From NCBI GenBank assembly GCA_027488495.1, contig JAIYBO010000020.1:1-32118 (forward strand): 32,118 nucleotides of DNA, read 5' to 3'. Below are positions 8,014-16,336 of this stretch, piece by piece; position 1 is the first letter of the stretch; each line of letters opens with the position of its first letter. The notes under the pieces were generated by a model. It was not told where the DNA came from. It was given only the letters and a program-made list of their open reading frames with translations, and did no database searches. The DNA is from Bacteroidota bacterium (GTDB lineage Bacteria; Bacteroidota; Bacteroidia; NS11-12g; UBA955). The position numbers and the translations under genes were made by a program.

Positions 8014-9897
8014 ATGGATCAGTTTATTGTATCAGCTCGAAAGTATCGTCCTACAACGTTTGATGACGTGGTTGGACAACGTCAGGTGGCGGAAACTTTG
8101 ATGCATGAGATCAATAACAACAAATTGGCTCAAGCCTTTCTGTTTACAGGTCCAAGGGGCGTGGGTAAAACCACTTGTGCCAGAATCTTGGCCAAGGTAA
8201 TCAATGCCCAAGATGGGGGAGATCCCAATCAAGATTACGCATTTAACATATTTGAGTTGGATGCAGCCAGCAATAACTCGGTGGAAGATATCCGTCATTT
8301 GATTGATCAAGTGCGAATCCCACCCCAAGTTGGTAAATACAAAGTGTATATCATCGATGAGGTACACATGCTTTCTACGGCGGGCTTTAACGCATTTCTA
8401 AAGACTTTAGAGGAACCGCCATCGTATGCCATTTTTATTTTGGCAACCACGGAAAAGCATAAAATTTTACCCACCATTTTGAGCCGATGCCAGGTCTTCA
8501 ATTTCAATCGAATTGAGACCAAAGACATGGTAGAGCACCTGAAGGGCATCGCCCAGAAGGAAAACATTGAAGCCAGTGAAGATGCCTTGCATTTGATCGC
8601 CCGCAAAGCCGATGGTGGTTTGAGGGACGCACTTTCAATGTTTGATCAACTTGTGAGTTTTGGAGGTGGTAAAATTACCTATGAATCTGCCGTTGATATA
8701 TTGAGTGTTTTGGATCTGGATACCTTCTTCGATGTTTCAAGCATGTTGGCTTCATCGAATATTTCAGATGCACTTTTGTCTTACGACACCATCGTTAAAA
8801 AGGGATTTGATGGTTCAACCTTTTTGGGTGGAATGGCCGCCCATTTCAGGAATTTGGCGGTGAGCAAAGAAACCAAAACGCAATCCCTGTTGGATGTTTC
8901 TGAGTCTTTTCAATCCAAATACATTGAGCAATCCAATGCTTTTTCTTTCGCATTCATCCTCAATGGATTGAATTTAATTTCTGAAGCCGAAGAAAAGTAT
9001 AAAATGTCGCGAAATCCACGATTGTTGGTGGAGTTGATGCTGATGAAGCTCGGACATTTAAATTCATTCATTCAAAATATACCTTCCCTTGAGGAAGTAA
9101 AAAAAAAATTAGCGAATCCCACTGAAGGAGGCAAATCCGCATCGTTCAAGAGAGCACCTTCAATCGTAGAGGACAAGCCTAAGCCAAACATCGTTCCCAA
9201 ATCCATTGAATCCAACGGCTCAGGCACTGGTGAACAGAACATCGGCCCAGAAAAACTCGCTGAAAAAACCAGTTTACCCACCGCCAAAGGTGCAGAGATT
9301 TCCGCTGATTCTGCCAAACAAGAAGTGCCCGGAACAGCAGCGACGGTAAACAATACCGCGGTAAATGATGACTTGGTGACGTCCACAAGGATTAAACTCA
9401 AAGGTTTTGAGCAATTCAAGCAAATGCGCACTCAGCAGCAAACTGCGGTTCAAGAAGATGAGGTTTCACCAAAGTTAGAAGGCAATGCCGAAAGTACCAC
9501 ATCAATTGACATTCCAAATCGCGATGAAATATTGACTCCATCGTCAATATCAAATAAAAATATCGATGAAGCTTGGGTGGAATTTTATCAATCACAAACC
9601 ACTCGGGTACTCACGTGTTTGAAATCGTTGAAGTATGAGTACTTGGGAAATCAATTGATCATCACTTTGAATGCATCTCATCAAGAAAGTATTATTGATG
9701 AAATTAGGCCTACGCTCATGCAAATGCTGAAAAATCAAGTCCCTCATTTGGCAATTCAATCCATTGTTTCTGTGATGGGAGAGATTGAAGTCCAAGAAAG
9801 ACGTCCTTACACAGACAAAGAAAAGTTGGAATATTTGATTAAGAAGCATCCTGGTTTGGGTGAAGCCCTGGAATCATTGCATTTGCGACTTCCATAA
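8014..9897 (+). CDS. dnaX: DNA polymerase III subunit gamma/tau
   Basis: SARKYRP, Walker A GPRGVGKTT, ELDAASNNSV, IIDEVHML, FNAFLKTLEEPP, TILSRC and DGGLRDA; low-complexity linker and C-terminal tau domain. Confidence 0.97.
   Translation: MDQFIVSARKYRPTTFDDVVGQRQVAETLMHEINNNKLAQAFLFTGPRGVGKTTCARILAKVINAQDGGDPNQDYAFNIFELDAASNNSVEDIRHLIDQVRIPPQVGKYKVYIIDEVHMLSTAGFNAFLKTLEEPPSYAIFILATTEKHKILPTILSRCQVFNFNRIETKDMVEHLKGIAQKENIEASEDALHLIARKADGGLRDALSMFDQLVSFGGGKITYESAVDILSVLDLDTFFDVSSMLASSNISDALLSYDTIVKKGFDGSTFLGGMAAHFRNLAVSKETKTQSLLDVSESFQSKYIEQSNAFSFAFILNGLNLISEAEEKYKMSRNPRLLVELMLMKLGHLNSFIQNIPSLEEVKKKLANPTEGGKSASFKRAPSIVEDKPKPNIVPKSIESNGSGTGEQNIGPEKLAEKTSLPTAKGAEISADSAKQEVPGTAATVNNTAVNDDLVTSTRIKLKGFEQFKQMRTQQQTAVQEDEVSPKLEGNAESTTSIDIPNRDEILTPSSISNKNIDEAWVEFYQSQTTRVLTCLKSLKYEYLGNQLIITLNASHQESIIDEIRPTLMQMLKNQVPHLAIQSIVSVMGEIEVQERRPYTDKEKLEYLIKKHPGLGEALESLHLRLP
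9099..9108 (+). other. A10 homopolymer, candidate dnaX slippage/frameshift site
   Basis: GTA AAA AAA AAA TTA GCG. Alternative frames stop at TAG 9110-9112 and TGA 9123-9125. Confidence 0.65.
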
Positions 9898-9936
9898 TAA
9901 ATTAAAAATTGGCACAAAACACCCGATTTTCTTCGT

Positions 9937-9944
9937 TATTTTTG
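9937..9944 (+). promoter_or_regulatory. Bacteroidota -7 element (TATTTTTG) for the proline dehydrogenase-ccm operon
   Basis: Exact TAnnTTTG ending 6 nt before ATG 9951. Confidence 0.6.
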
Positions 9945-9950
9945 TGCTAA

Positions 9951-11150
9951 ATGTCCATGTCGGAGCTTTCATTTCAAAATACATCGGTGGCCTTCGCCCA
10001 CAAAAGCAATGGCGAGCTTTCAAAGGCCCGAATGTTGTTTAAGTCGTTCAATTTTCCAATTTTGCTAACCTACGGACCAACGATGGCCAAATTGGCTGTT
10101 GCATTGGGGTTGAAGTTCACCATAAAGAAAACCATTTTCGAACAGTTTTGTGGCGGTGAAACCATTGAAGAGTGTGATCAAGCCATTGCAGGTTTGGCAA
10201 AAAGTGGTATCGGTACCATACTTGATTATTCTGTTGAAGGCGAGGAAAGTGAAGCAACATTTGATCAAACCTGTGCCGAAATTTTAAAGACCATTCAAAG
10301 GGCCAAAGGAAATTCTGATATCCCATTTTCTGTATTTAAAACCACGGGGGTATTTTCATCGGATGTGTTGACTGCCGCTTCCGAAATCATCGAGAAAAAT
10401 CAAATCGTTGATATTGAGTTGATTGAAAATCATTTAATGGAGTCTCACAAGCAAGATTGGAGAAATGGATGTCATCGTTTCAATCAGTTGTGTGAAAACG
10501 CCGCAAATAGTGAGGTGCAAATCTTTGTGGATGCTGAAGAGAGTTGGCTGCAACCTGCCATTGATCTGTTGGCTACCAGTGCGATGCACAAATACAACCA
10601 AACGCGTGCTTGGGTGTTTAATACGTTACAGATGTATCGCCATGATCGATTGAGTTATTTGCAAAACCAAGTAGCAGAGGGTAGGTGTCAATATGGTTAT
10701 AAATTGGTGCGCGGGGCCTATATGGAAAAGGAAAGGGCTAGAGCTTCAAAAATGGGCTATCAAGACCCCATTCAGCCCAACAAAGAAGCCACAGATCGCG
10801 ATTATAACGCCGCGGTAACTTTCTGTATTGAGCATCATAATCAAGTGGCCGTTTGCATTGCCACGCACAATGAGCAATCTTCGCTTTTGGGAACGCAATG
10901 TTTAACGGCGAAAGGTTTGACATCGAACGATCAAAAAGTATCGTTTTCTCAGTTGTTGGGAATGAGCGATCACATCAGTTTTAATTTATCGCACAAAGGC
11001 TATAAGGTAAGTAAATATGTTCCATACGGACCTGTATTGTCTGTGATTCCATATCTCACACGCAGGGCACAAGAGAACAGTGGTATGGCCGGACAGATGG
11101 GTAGGGAGCTGGCATTGATTGAAGCCGAGATTAAACGCAGAAAAGGATGA
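9951..11150 (+). CDS. Monofunctional proline dehydrogenase
   Basis: FEQFCGGE, ILDYSVEG, FVDAEESW, NTLQMYR, KLVRGAYMEKER, ATHN, QLLGMSD and KYVPYGPV..YLTRRAQEN. No P5C dehydrogenase domain. Start may be 9957. Confidence 0.94.
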   Translation: MSMSELSFQNTSVAFAHKSNGELSKARMLFKSFNFPILLTYGPTMAKLAVALGLKFTIKKTIFEQFCGGETIEECDQAIAGLAKSGIGTILDYSVEGEESEATFDQTCAEILKTIQRAKGNSDIPFSVFKTTGVFSSDVLTAASEIIEKNQIVDIELIENHLMESHKQDWRNGCHRFNQLCENAANSEVQIFVDAEESWLQPAIDLLATSAMHKYNQTRAWVFNTLQMYRHDRLSYLQNQVAEGRCQYGYKLVRGAYMEKERARASKMGYQDPIQPNKEATDRDYNAAVTFCIEHHNQVAVCIATHNEQSSLLGTQCLTAKGLTSNDQKVSFSQLLGMSDHISFNLSHKGYKVSKYVPYGPVLSVIPYLTRRAQENSGMAGQMGRELALIEAEIKRRKG

Positions 11151-12265
11151 TGATGAGAAAACATTGGTACAAATGGGTGGCAGCAATTTGTTTGCTTTAT
11201 GTGATTTTGGGTGGGTTGTTTTTGCCCCTTAAGCCCGGAATTACTGCCATTACGCCAGTTAAATTGCTATCGGGGAATGACATTGCGATCAAATTAAACG
11301 TTTACAATGCCCCATGGTTGAAGGAGAATGCTTTTAAACAATCGGATTTAGATGCCCAAAATGGGAGTTTTCAAATTCCAGCCAAAGTCATTTTGGTATC
11401 GAAAGGGGTGAAAGGACGTTGGGAAACGTCAAAAATTGATTTCTCAGGAAACCATGGTCAAGTCATTGCTCATTTCAATCTCACGATGGGTAAGGATAAA
11501 ATACCCAATGAATATTATTCCATTTTCATAGAGTTAAGCAATGGCAAGTTTTTGGGTATGCCGGATGCTTTGTTTTTAGAAAGAAATCCTTCAGATTCCA
11601 TTGGCAATGGGCAGTTGGTGTTGAAATCCAATGAAAATATCAATACAAACAGGGAAGTGTTCGAAATGAGTTTCCCCAATCGGGTGGTCTTGAATGAAAG
11701 CGTGAGAAACCTGTTTTACCATGTACCCATGTGGTTCGCGATGTTGGCCTTGTTGGGCATGTCGGCTTGGTATGCCATCAAATATTTGCGCTTTTCTCAA
11801 TTGAGCGATGATGTTATGGCCGATTCACTCATTCGGGTGGGTATTTTGGCAGGTATTTTGGGATGCATTACAGGTGCAACTTGGGCTCGGGTAACTTGGC
11901 AATCTTGGTGGCCCGCTTCTGACCCTAAATTGAATGGTGTAGCCATTGGCATGACCATGTATATCGCGTATTTGCTATTGAGATCTACACTTTCCGATCC
12001 TTACCAAAGGGCGAGAATTACCTCGGTATATTCGGTGTTTATCTTTCCTATTTTCATTGCTTTGATAGTGATTATGCCCAAATTATCGCCCAATTCTTTG
12101 CATCCAGGTTCTGGTGGTACTGTGGGTTTTAATAAATATGATTTGGATTCCACAATGCGATTGTTTTTTTATCCTGCGGTGATCGGATGGATTGCATTGT
12201 TTTATTGGATCGCCAATTTGCGATTGCGTATTGCCCATTTAACTGAAAAACAACTGAACGAATGA
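11147..12265 (+). CDS. ccmC: Cytochrome c maturation heme exporter CcmC with a large periplasmic insertion
   Basis: RNLFYHVPMWF, tryptophan-rich GATWARVTWQSWWPASDPKLNG and SLHP motifs; lies upstream of ccmDEF. Confidence 0.88.
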   Translation: MMMRKHWYKWVAAICLLYVILGGLFLPLKPGITAITPVKLLSGNDIAIKLNVYNAPWLKENAFKQSDLDAQNGSFQIPAKVILVSKGVKGRWETSKIDFSGNHGQVIAHFNLTMGKDKIPNEYYSIFIELSNGKFLGMPDALFLERNPSDSIGNGQLVLKSNENINTNREVFEMSFPNRVVLNESVRNLFYHVPMWFAMLALLGMSAWYAIKYLRFSQLSDDVMADSLIRVGILAGILGCITGATWARVTWQSWWPASDPKLNGVAIGMTMYIAYLLLRSTLSDPYQRARITSVYSVFIFPIFIALIVIMPKLSPNSLHPGSGGTVGFNKYDLDSTMRLFFYPAVIGWIALFYWIANLRLRIAHLTEKQLNE

Positions 12266-12432
12266 AAACTTCAATGTCGGAACAATTCGATGCCAACGCA
12301 GCTGAATTGCTAGCACAGCATAATCTAATGAACGCCGTTTATGGCGTACTGGTGATCATATTTGTTGGAATACTCTTTTATCTGATTCGTTTGGATCGCA
12401 AAATTTCACGTCTAGAAAAAAATCAATCATGA
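12262..12432 (+). CDS. ccmD: CcmD-like small membrane protein (56 aa)
   Basis: Hand-translated, below the ORF-track cutoff: MKTSMSEQFDANAAELLAQHNLMNAVYGVLVIIFVGILFYLIRLDRKISRLEKNQS. One TM segment followed by LDRKISRLEK; ATGA overlaps with both ccmC and ccmE. Confidence 0.85.
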   Translation: MKTSMSEQFDANAAELLAQHNLMNAVYGVLVIIFVGILFYLIRLDRKISRLEKNQS

Positions 12433-12836
12433 AACCGTTTCACTTGATCTTGTTGGTCCTAGCAGCTGTTGGGATAGCCACAGTCATTAGCATGTATGGC
12501 AATACCACCCAATACGTTGCCTTCCCGGATGCTCAGCGAATCGCAGAGGAAAATCCAGGCAAAGCGGTGCACGTGGTATGTAAGTTAAACAAGGCAAAGC
12601 CGGTTGTTTACGATGCTCAAGCCAACGCAAATCGTTTGGAATTTTATGGTTTCGATTCGTTGAACAATGAAAGCAAAGTGGTATTTACCAAGCCCAAGCC
12701 CGCTCAATTCGAGCAACTAGAAAAGATGGTTTTGATTGGAACATACGACAAAGACCATTTCTTGGCCACCGAAATATTGAGTAAATGTCCTTCTAAATAC
12801 GAAGACGCCCCCGGTGCTTCAACAGCTGCAAAATGA
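12429..12836 (+). CDS. ccmE: Heme chaperone CcmE (CxxxY type)
   Basis: N-terminal anchor, KPAQFE, and FLATEILSKCPSKY heme-binding motif. Confidence 0.92.
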   Translation: MKPFHLILLVLAAVGIATVISMYGNTTQYVAFPDAQRIAEENPGKAVHVVCKLNKAKPVVYDAQANANRLEFYGFDSLNNESKVVFTKPKPAQFEQLEKMVLIGTYDKDHFLATEILSKCPSKYEDAPGASTAAK

Positions 12837-15478
12837 ACCAAACACAAGCTCCAATAGTATTTAACGGCGAATGGCTTTGGTTGGGAAACCTGGGTCATGC
12901 GTTTGTGATTTTGGCATTCATAATGTCAATTTTATCGGCGGTTTTCTATTTTCAACATGAACAAACGAAAAACCAAAGCCTACAAATTTGGGCAAAACGG
13001 TTTTTTCAAATCCACGCCTTGGCGATTGTTTCGGTTTTCGTGGTGTTGTTCTCAATCATATTTTTTCACCGGTATGAGTTTCACTATGCCTGGCGACATT
13101 CGAGCAATAGCTTGCCGGTTTACTATATGATTTCATGCTTCTGGGAAGGCCAAGAGGGTAGTTTCCTGTTGTGGCTTTTTTGGAATGCATTGATGGGTGT
13201 GATTTTACAGCGTGTAGCAAAGTCGTGGGAATCCCCGGTGATGGTTGTGATTGCATTTGCCCAAATTGCCTTGAGTTCTATGCTTGTTGGGTTTCAATGG
13301 GGTGAATTTAAAATGGGTAGTTCTCCTTTCGATTTGTTGAGAGAGCAAAGGCCAGATTTTTTGAATATTCCCATTTTGGGACAATTGGGCGTTGAGAATT
13401 ATTTACAAGTTTTCAAAGACGGAAATGGATTAAATGCATTGTTGCAGAATTATTGGATGGTAATCCACCCACCTACATTGTTTTTGGGTTTTGCCACCGC
13501 CATCGTTCCTTTTGCCTACAGCATCGCGGCTCTTTGGAGAAATAACGAAAGAGGTTGGATTCCTTATGCACTTATTTGGAGTTTGGTGTGTGTGGGCATC
13601 CTTGGCTTGGGAATTATCATGGGCGGATTTTGGGCCTATGAAGCCTTGTCGTTTGGAGGATATTGGGCTTGGGATCCGGTTGAGAATGCATCGCTAATGC
13701 CGTGGCTCATCATGGCTAGTGCAGCGCATATGCTCATCATCTCAAAGTCTACAGGTCGCCATTTATTTACGTCGCACCTATTAACACAAATTTCATTTTG
13801 GTTGGTGTTGTATGCCACTTTCTTAACCCGAAGCGGTATTTTGGGAGAAGCCAGTGTGCATTCGTTCACCGATTTGGGATTATCCGGTCAATTGTTGCTG
13901 TTTTTATTGGCTTTCTTGGCATTTGCCTTGGTTGTGGTTCTCGAGGGTAAGAAGAGGAAATGGGCTTTATATGGCATTGTGTTGGCATTGCTTATCCCCA
14001 TGTCATTGGCCTATATGATCAAAAGCCCTGAAGCCATTGATACTTTTTACCAATGGTTAAAAGGGTTGGGTACTTGCTTGTTTTTGGGTTGGTTGGTGTA
14101 CTACATTTTTGCATTGTACAATAAAACCAAAGCCAATATGTCGGATGAAAGAATGGATTCCAGAGAATTCTGGATGTTCTTGGGTTCGATGTTTCTTATT
14201 CTGTCGTTGGTTCAAGTATTTGCCGCAACAAGCATTCCGGTATTCAATAAATTGTTTGGTTATAAAACGGCAGTTCCAAGCGCGGCAGATTACAACCGTG
14301 TTCAATTGTGGCTTGCCATGCCCATTATGTTGTTGATGAGCTTTGGGTATTGGTTTAAATTCAGAGAAACCGACTTGAAAACCATCAAGAAACCTTTGAT
14401 TCAATTGGGTTTGGTATCCATCGTCATCACCATTTTGCTGATGTTCGGTTTTGAGATTTATGAAGTGAAATTTGTCATCTTCTTGCTTTTGAGTATCACG
14501 CTGGTTGTTGCGAACTTGGTATATGGATACCAGAAAAAGAAATTTGAATGGCTTAGATGGGGTGGTAATATTGCTCACGTGGGTTTTGGGGTCTTGTTGA
14601 TGGGCGTGTTGGTTTCATCGGTGAATAAAAATGTACTTTCATCAACCAAGGATGGTATCGACCTAGCACCTGAAGTTGATCAAAAAGGAAACCAAGATAC
14701 CAAAGGCATCAAATTCAATCGTGAAAATCAATTGTTGTACAAAAACAAGCCACAAGAGTTACAACAATACACGGCGATTTATCTTGAAGATATTAAAGGT
14801 GTTGGAGTGGATAGTATCGACAAATACTTTAAGGTTGCATTTGTAAAGAAAAACAAGGAGGGTAGAACCGTAGATAGTTTTGTGTTGAGTCCGAAAACAC
14901 AAAACAATCCCAAAATGGGTTTACTGGCGGAGCCGTCTACCCGTCATTTCTTGCACAAAGACATTTTTACCCACGTCAACTACGAGAGCAGTATGGATCG
15001 AAAAGAGCCATTTAGCAATTTCCGCGTTGATACTGTGGGATTCTTCAGACCTTTTATTACTCAAACTGGGAAGGTGGTAATGTCAATTGATAGCATCAAT
15101 CGGAGCATGGATTCTGCAGGACTGAAGATAACTCTGGCGATCAAGGCAAAACGTTTGGGTGATTCGGTGTGGTTGCGTCCAGAATTTTTGATCAATGAAA
15201 TCACAGGCAATTTTGATATGAAACCTGCCGAAAGTGACAGATTTGGTATCATGGCAGCCATTTTGAATTTGCAAATCATCGATCCAAACCCAGCATCTCA
15301 GAACATTCGTTTTGTGATACAAACGGGTGAGAAAACCCCTGTTTGGGATTATATCGTGATTCAAGTTATCGAGTTCCCTTGGATTAATTTGGTTTGGGCA
15401 GGAACCATCATCATGGTGATTGGGTTTACCTTGGCCGTAATCAATCGAATCAAAAAACAAAAACAATTGATGGTATGA
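12833..15478 (+). CDS. ccmF: Cytochrome c heme lyase CcmF
   Basis: FWEGQEGSFLLW, GLNALLQNYWMVIHPP, WAYEALSFGGYWAWDPVENAS, TFLTRSG..SVHSF, AHVG and FPWINLVWAG. Confidence 0.94.
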   Translation: MNQTQAPIVFNGEWLWLGNLGHAFVILAFIMSILSAVFYFQHEQTKNQSLQIWAKRFFQIHALAIVSVFVVLFSIIFFHRYEFHYAWRHSSNSLPVYYMISCFWEGQEGSFLLWLFWNALMGVILQRVAKSWESPVMVVIAFAQIALSSMLVGFQWGEFKMGSSPFDLLREQRPDFLNIPILGQLGVENYLQVFKDGNGLNALLQNYWMVIHPPTLFLGFATAIVPFAYSIAALWRNNERGWIPYALIWSLVCVGILGLGIIMGGFWAYEALSFGGYWAWDPVENASLMPWLIMASAAHMLIISKSTGRHLFTSHLLTQISFWLVLYATFLTRSGILGEASVHSFTDLGLSGQLLLFLLAFLAFALVVVLEGKKRKWALYGIVLALLIPMSLAYMIKSPEAIDTFYQWLKGLGTCLFLGWLVYYIFALYNKTKANMSDERMDSREFWMFLGSMFLILSLVQVFAATSIPVFNKLFGYKTAVPSAADYNRVQLWLAMPIMLLMSFGYWFKFRETDLKTIKKPLIQLGLVSIVITILLMFGFEIYEVKFVIFLLLSITLVVANLVYGYQKKKFEWLRWGGNIAHVGFGVLLMGVLVSSVNKNVLSSTKDGIDLAPEVDQKGNQDTKGIKFNRENQLLYKNKPQELQQYTAIYLEDIKGVGVDSIDKYFKVAFVKKNKEGRTVDSFVLSPKTQNNPKMGLLAEPSTRHFLHKDIFTHVNYESSMDRKEPFSNFRVDTVGFFRPFITQTGKVVMSIDSINRSMDSAGLKITLAIKAKRLGDSVWLRPEFLINEITGNFDMKPAESDRFGIMAAILNLQIIDPNPASQNIRFVIQTGEKTPVWDYIVIQVIEFPWINLVWAGTIIMVIGFTLAVINRIKKQKQLMV

Positions 15479-16311
15479 CCCACAGAATCCTGATATGGGG
15501 CTACGGGCGCTTGGGCCGAGCACTTTTGAAAGGGTTTGTGGATTTTCGCAATGCTAATGGACACTGGCCCATGGGTGCGGAGCGATGCATCGTTGTGGGT
15601 AGAGCCAAAGATCGTGTTTCAGTATTTCCAGATCAGCATGTTGAGTACTTACATGTAGATATTTCCAATACCGATGGCCGAGTAATTCATCTTTCCGATG
15701 ATTCCGACCATTCAATTTTGGAGCAGGGCGATGTGATTTTTGCCACTGTTCCAGACCAATACATCCAGTCTTTGGCCTCATTTTGTGATCAACCAGGTAT
15801 AGTATTTATTCACTGCAGCGGTGCAACGCCAATGTTGGACATGAATCACGCCAAGTCAGGTGTGTTTTATCCTCTGCAAACGTTCCCACAATTTGGCGAT
15901 GTAAATTGGTCGGATATTCCAGTTTTTTGGGAAAATGCCCAGCTTTTAACATTGTTCGAATCCCTGTTTTTGGCTTTGGGAGTGAAAAAGTCGCAAGAAT
16001 TGAGTTCAGTTGATCGAGAATATTTGCATCTGGCCGCTGTGTTCGCCAACAATTATACTGTGGCAATGGCCGGCATCGCCCATGATTTAATGCAATCTAG
16101 AAACATGAAATCCGAATGGATTCAGCCCATATTGGAAAAAACGGCGAAAAATTTGGGATTGCCAGATCCTTGGGATGCCCTTACTGGTCCAGCCAAACGA
16201 AACGATCAAACGTCGATCGATCGGCACTTAAAACTTCTAGAAAATCAGCCTGAATTGCGGGCCATCTATGAAAAAATGGGTTGGTACATCCAATCCAATC
16301 ATTCGAATTAG
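15475..16311 (+). CDS. Rossmann-like + DUF2520 domain oxidoreductase
   Basis: GYGRLG, VPD, IHCSGA, GVFYPLQTF, LHLAAVFANN and LTGPAKRND..I.RHL. Start set at ATG 15475 (ATGA overlap with ccmF). Confidence 0.88.
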   Translation: MTHRILIWGYGRLGRALLKGFVDFRNANGHWPMGAERCIVVGRAKDRVSVFPDQHVEYLHVDISNTDGRVIHLSDDSDHSILEQGDVIFATVPDQYIQSLASFCDQPGIVFIHCSGATPMLDMNHAKSGVFYPLQTFPQFGDVNWSDIPVFWENAQLLTLFESLFLALGVKKSQELSSVDREYLHLAAVFANNYTVAMAGIAHDLMQSRNMKSEWIQPILEKTAKNLGLPDPWDALTGPAKRNDQTSIDRHLKLLENQPELRAIYEKMGWYIQSNHSN

Positions 16312-16321
16312 CATTTGTACC

Positions 16322-16336
16322 AACCCATTGGGTTTT
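16322..16336. terminator. Weak hairpin between convergent genes
   Basis: AACCC-ATT-GGGTT followed by TT in the 23-nt gap between the DUF2520 and TonB receptor stop codons. Short stem. Confidence 0.25.

Noticed and set aside
14057-15523. Minus-strand ORFs of 173 and 146 aa
   Set aside because: Antisense shadows of ccmF.
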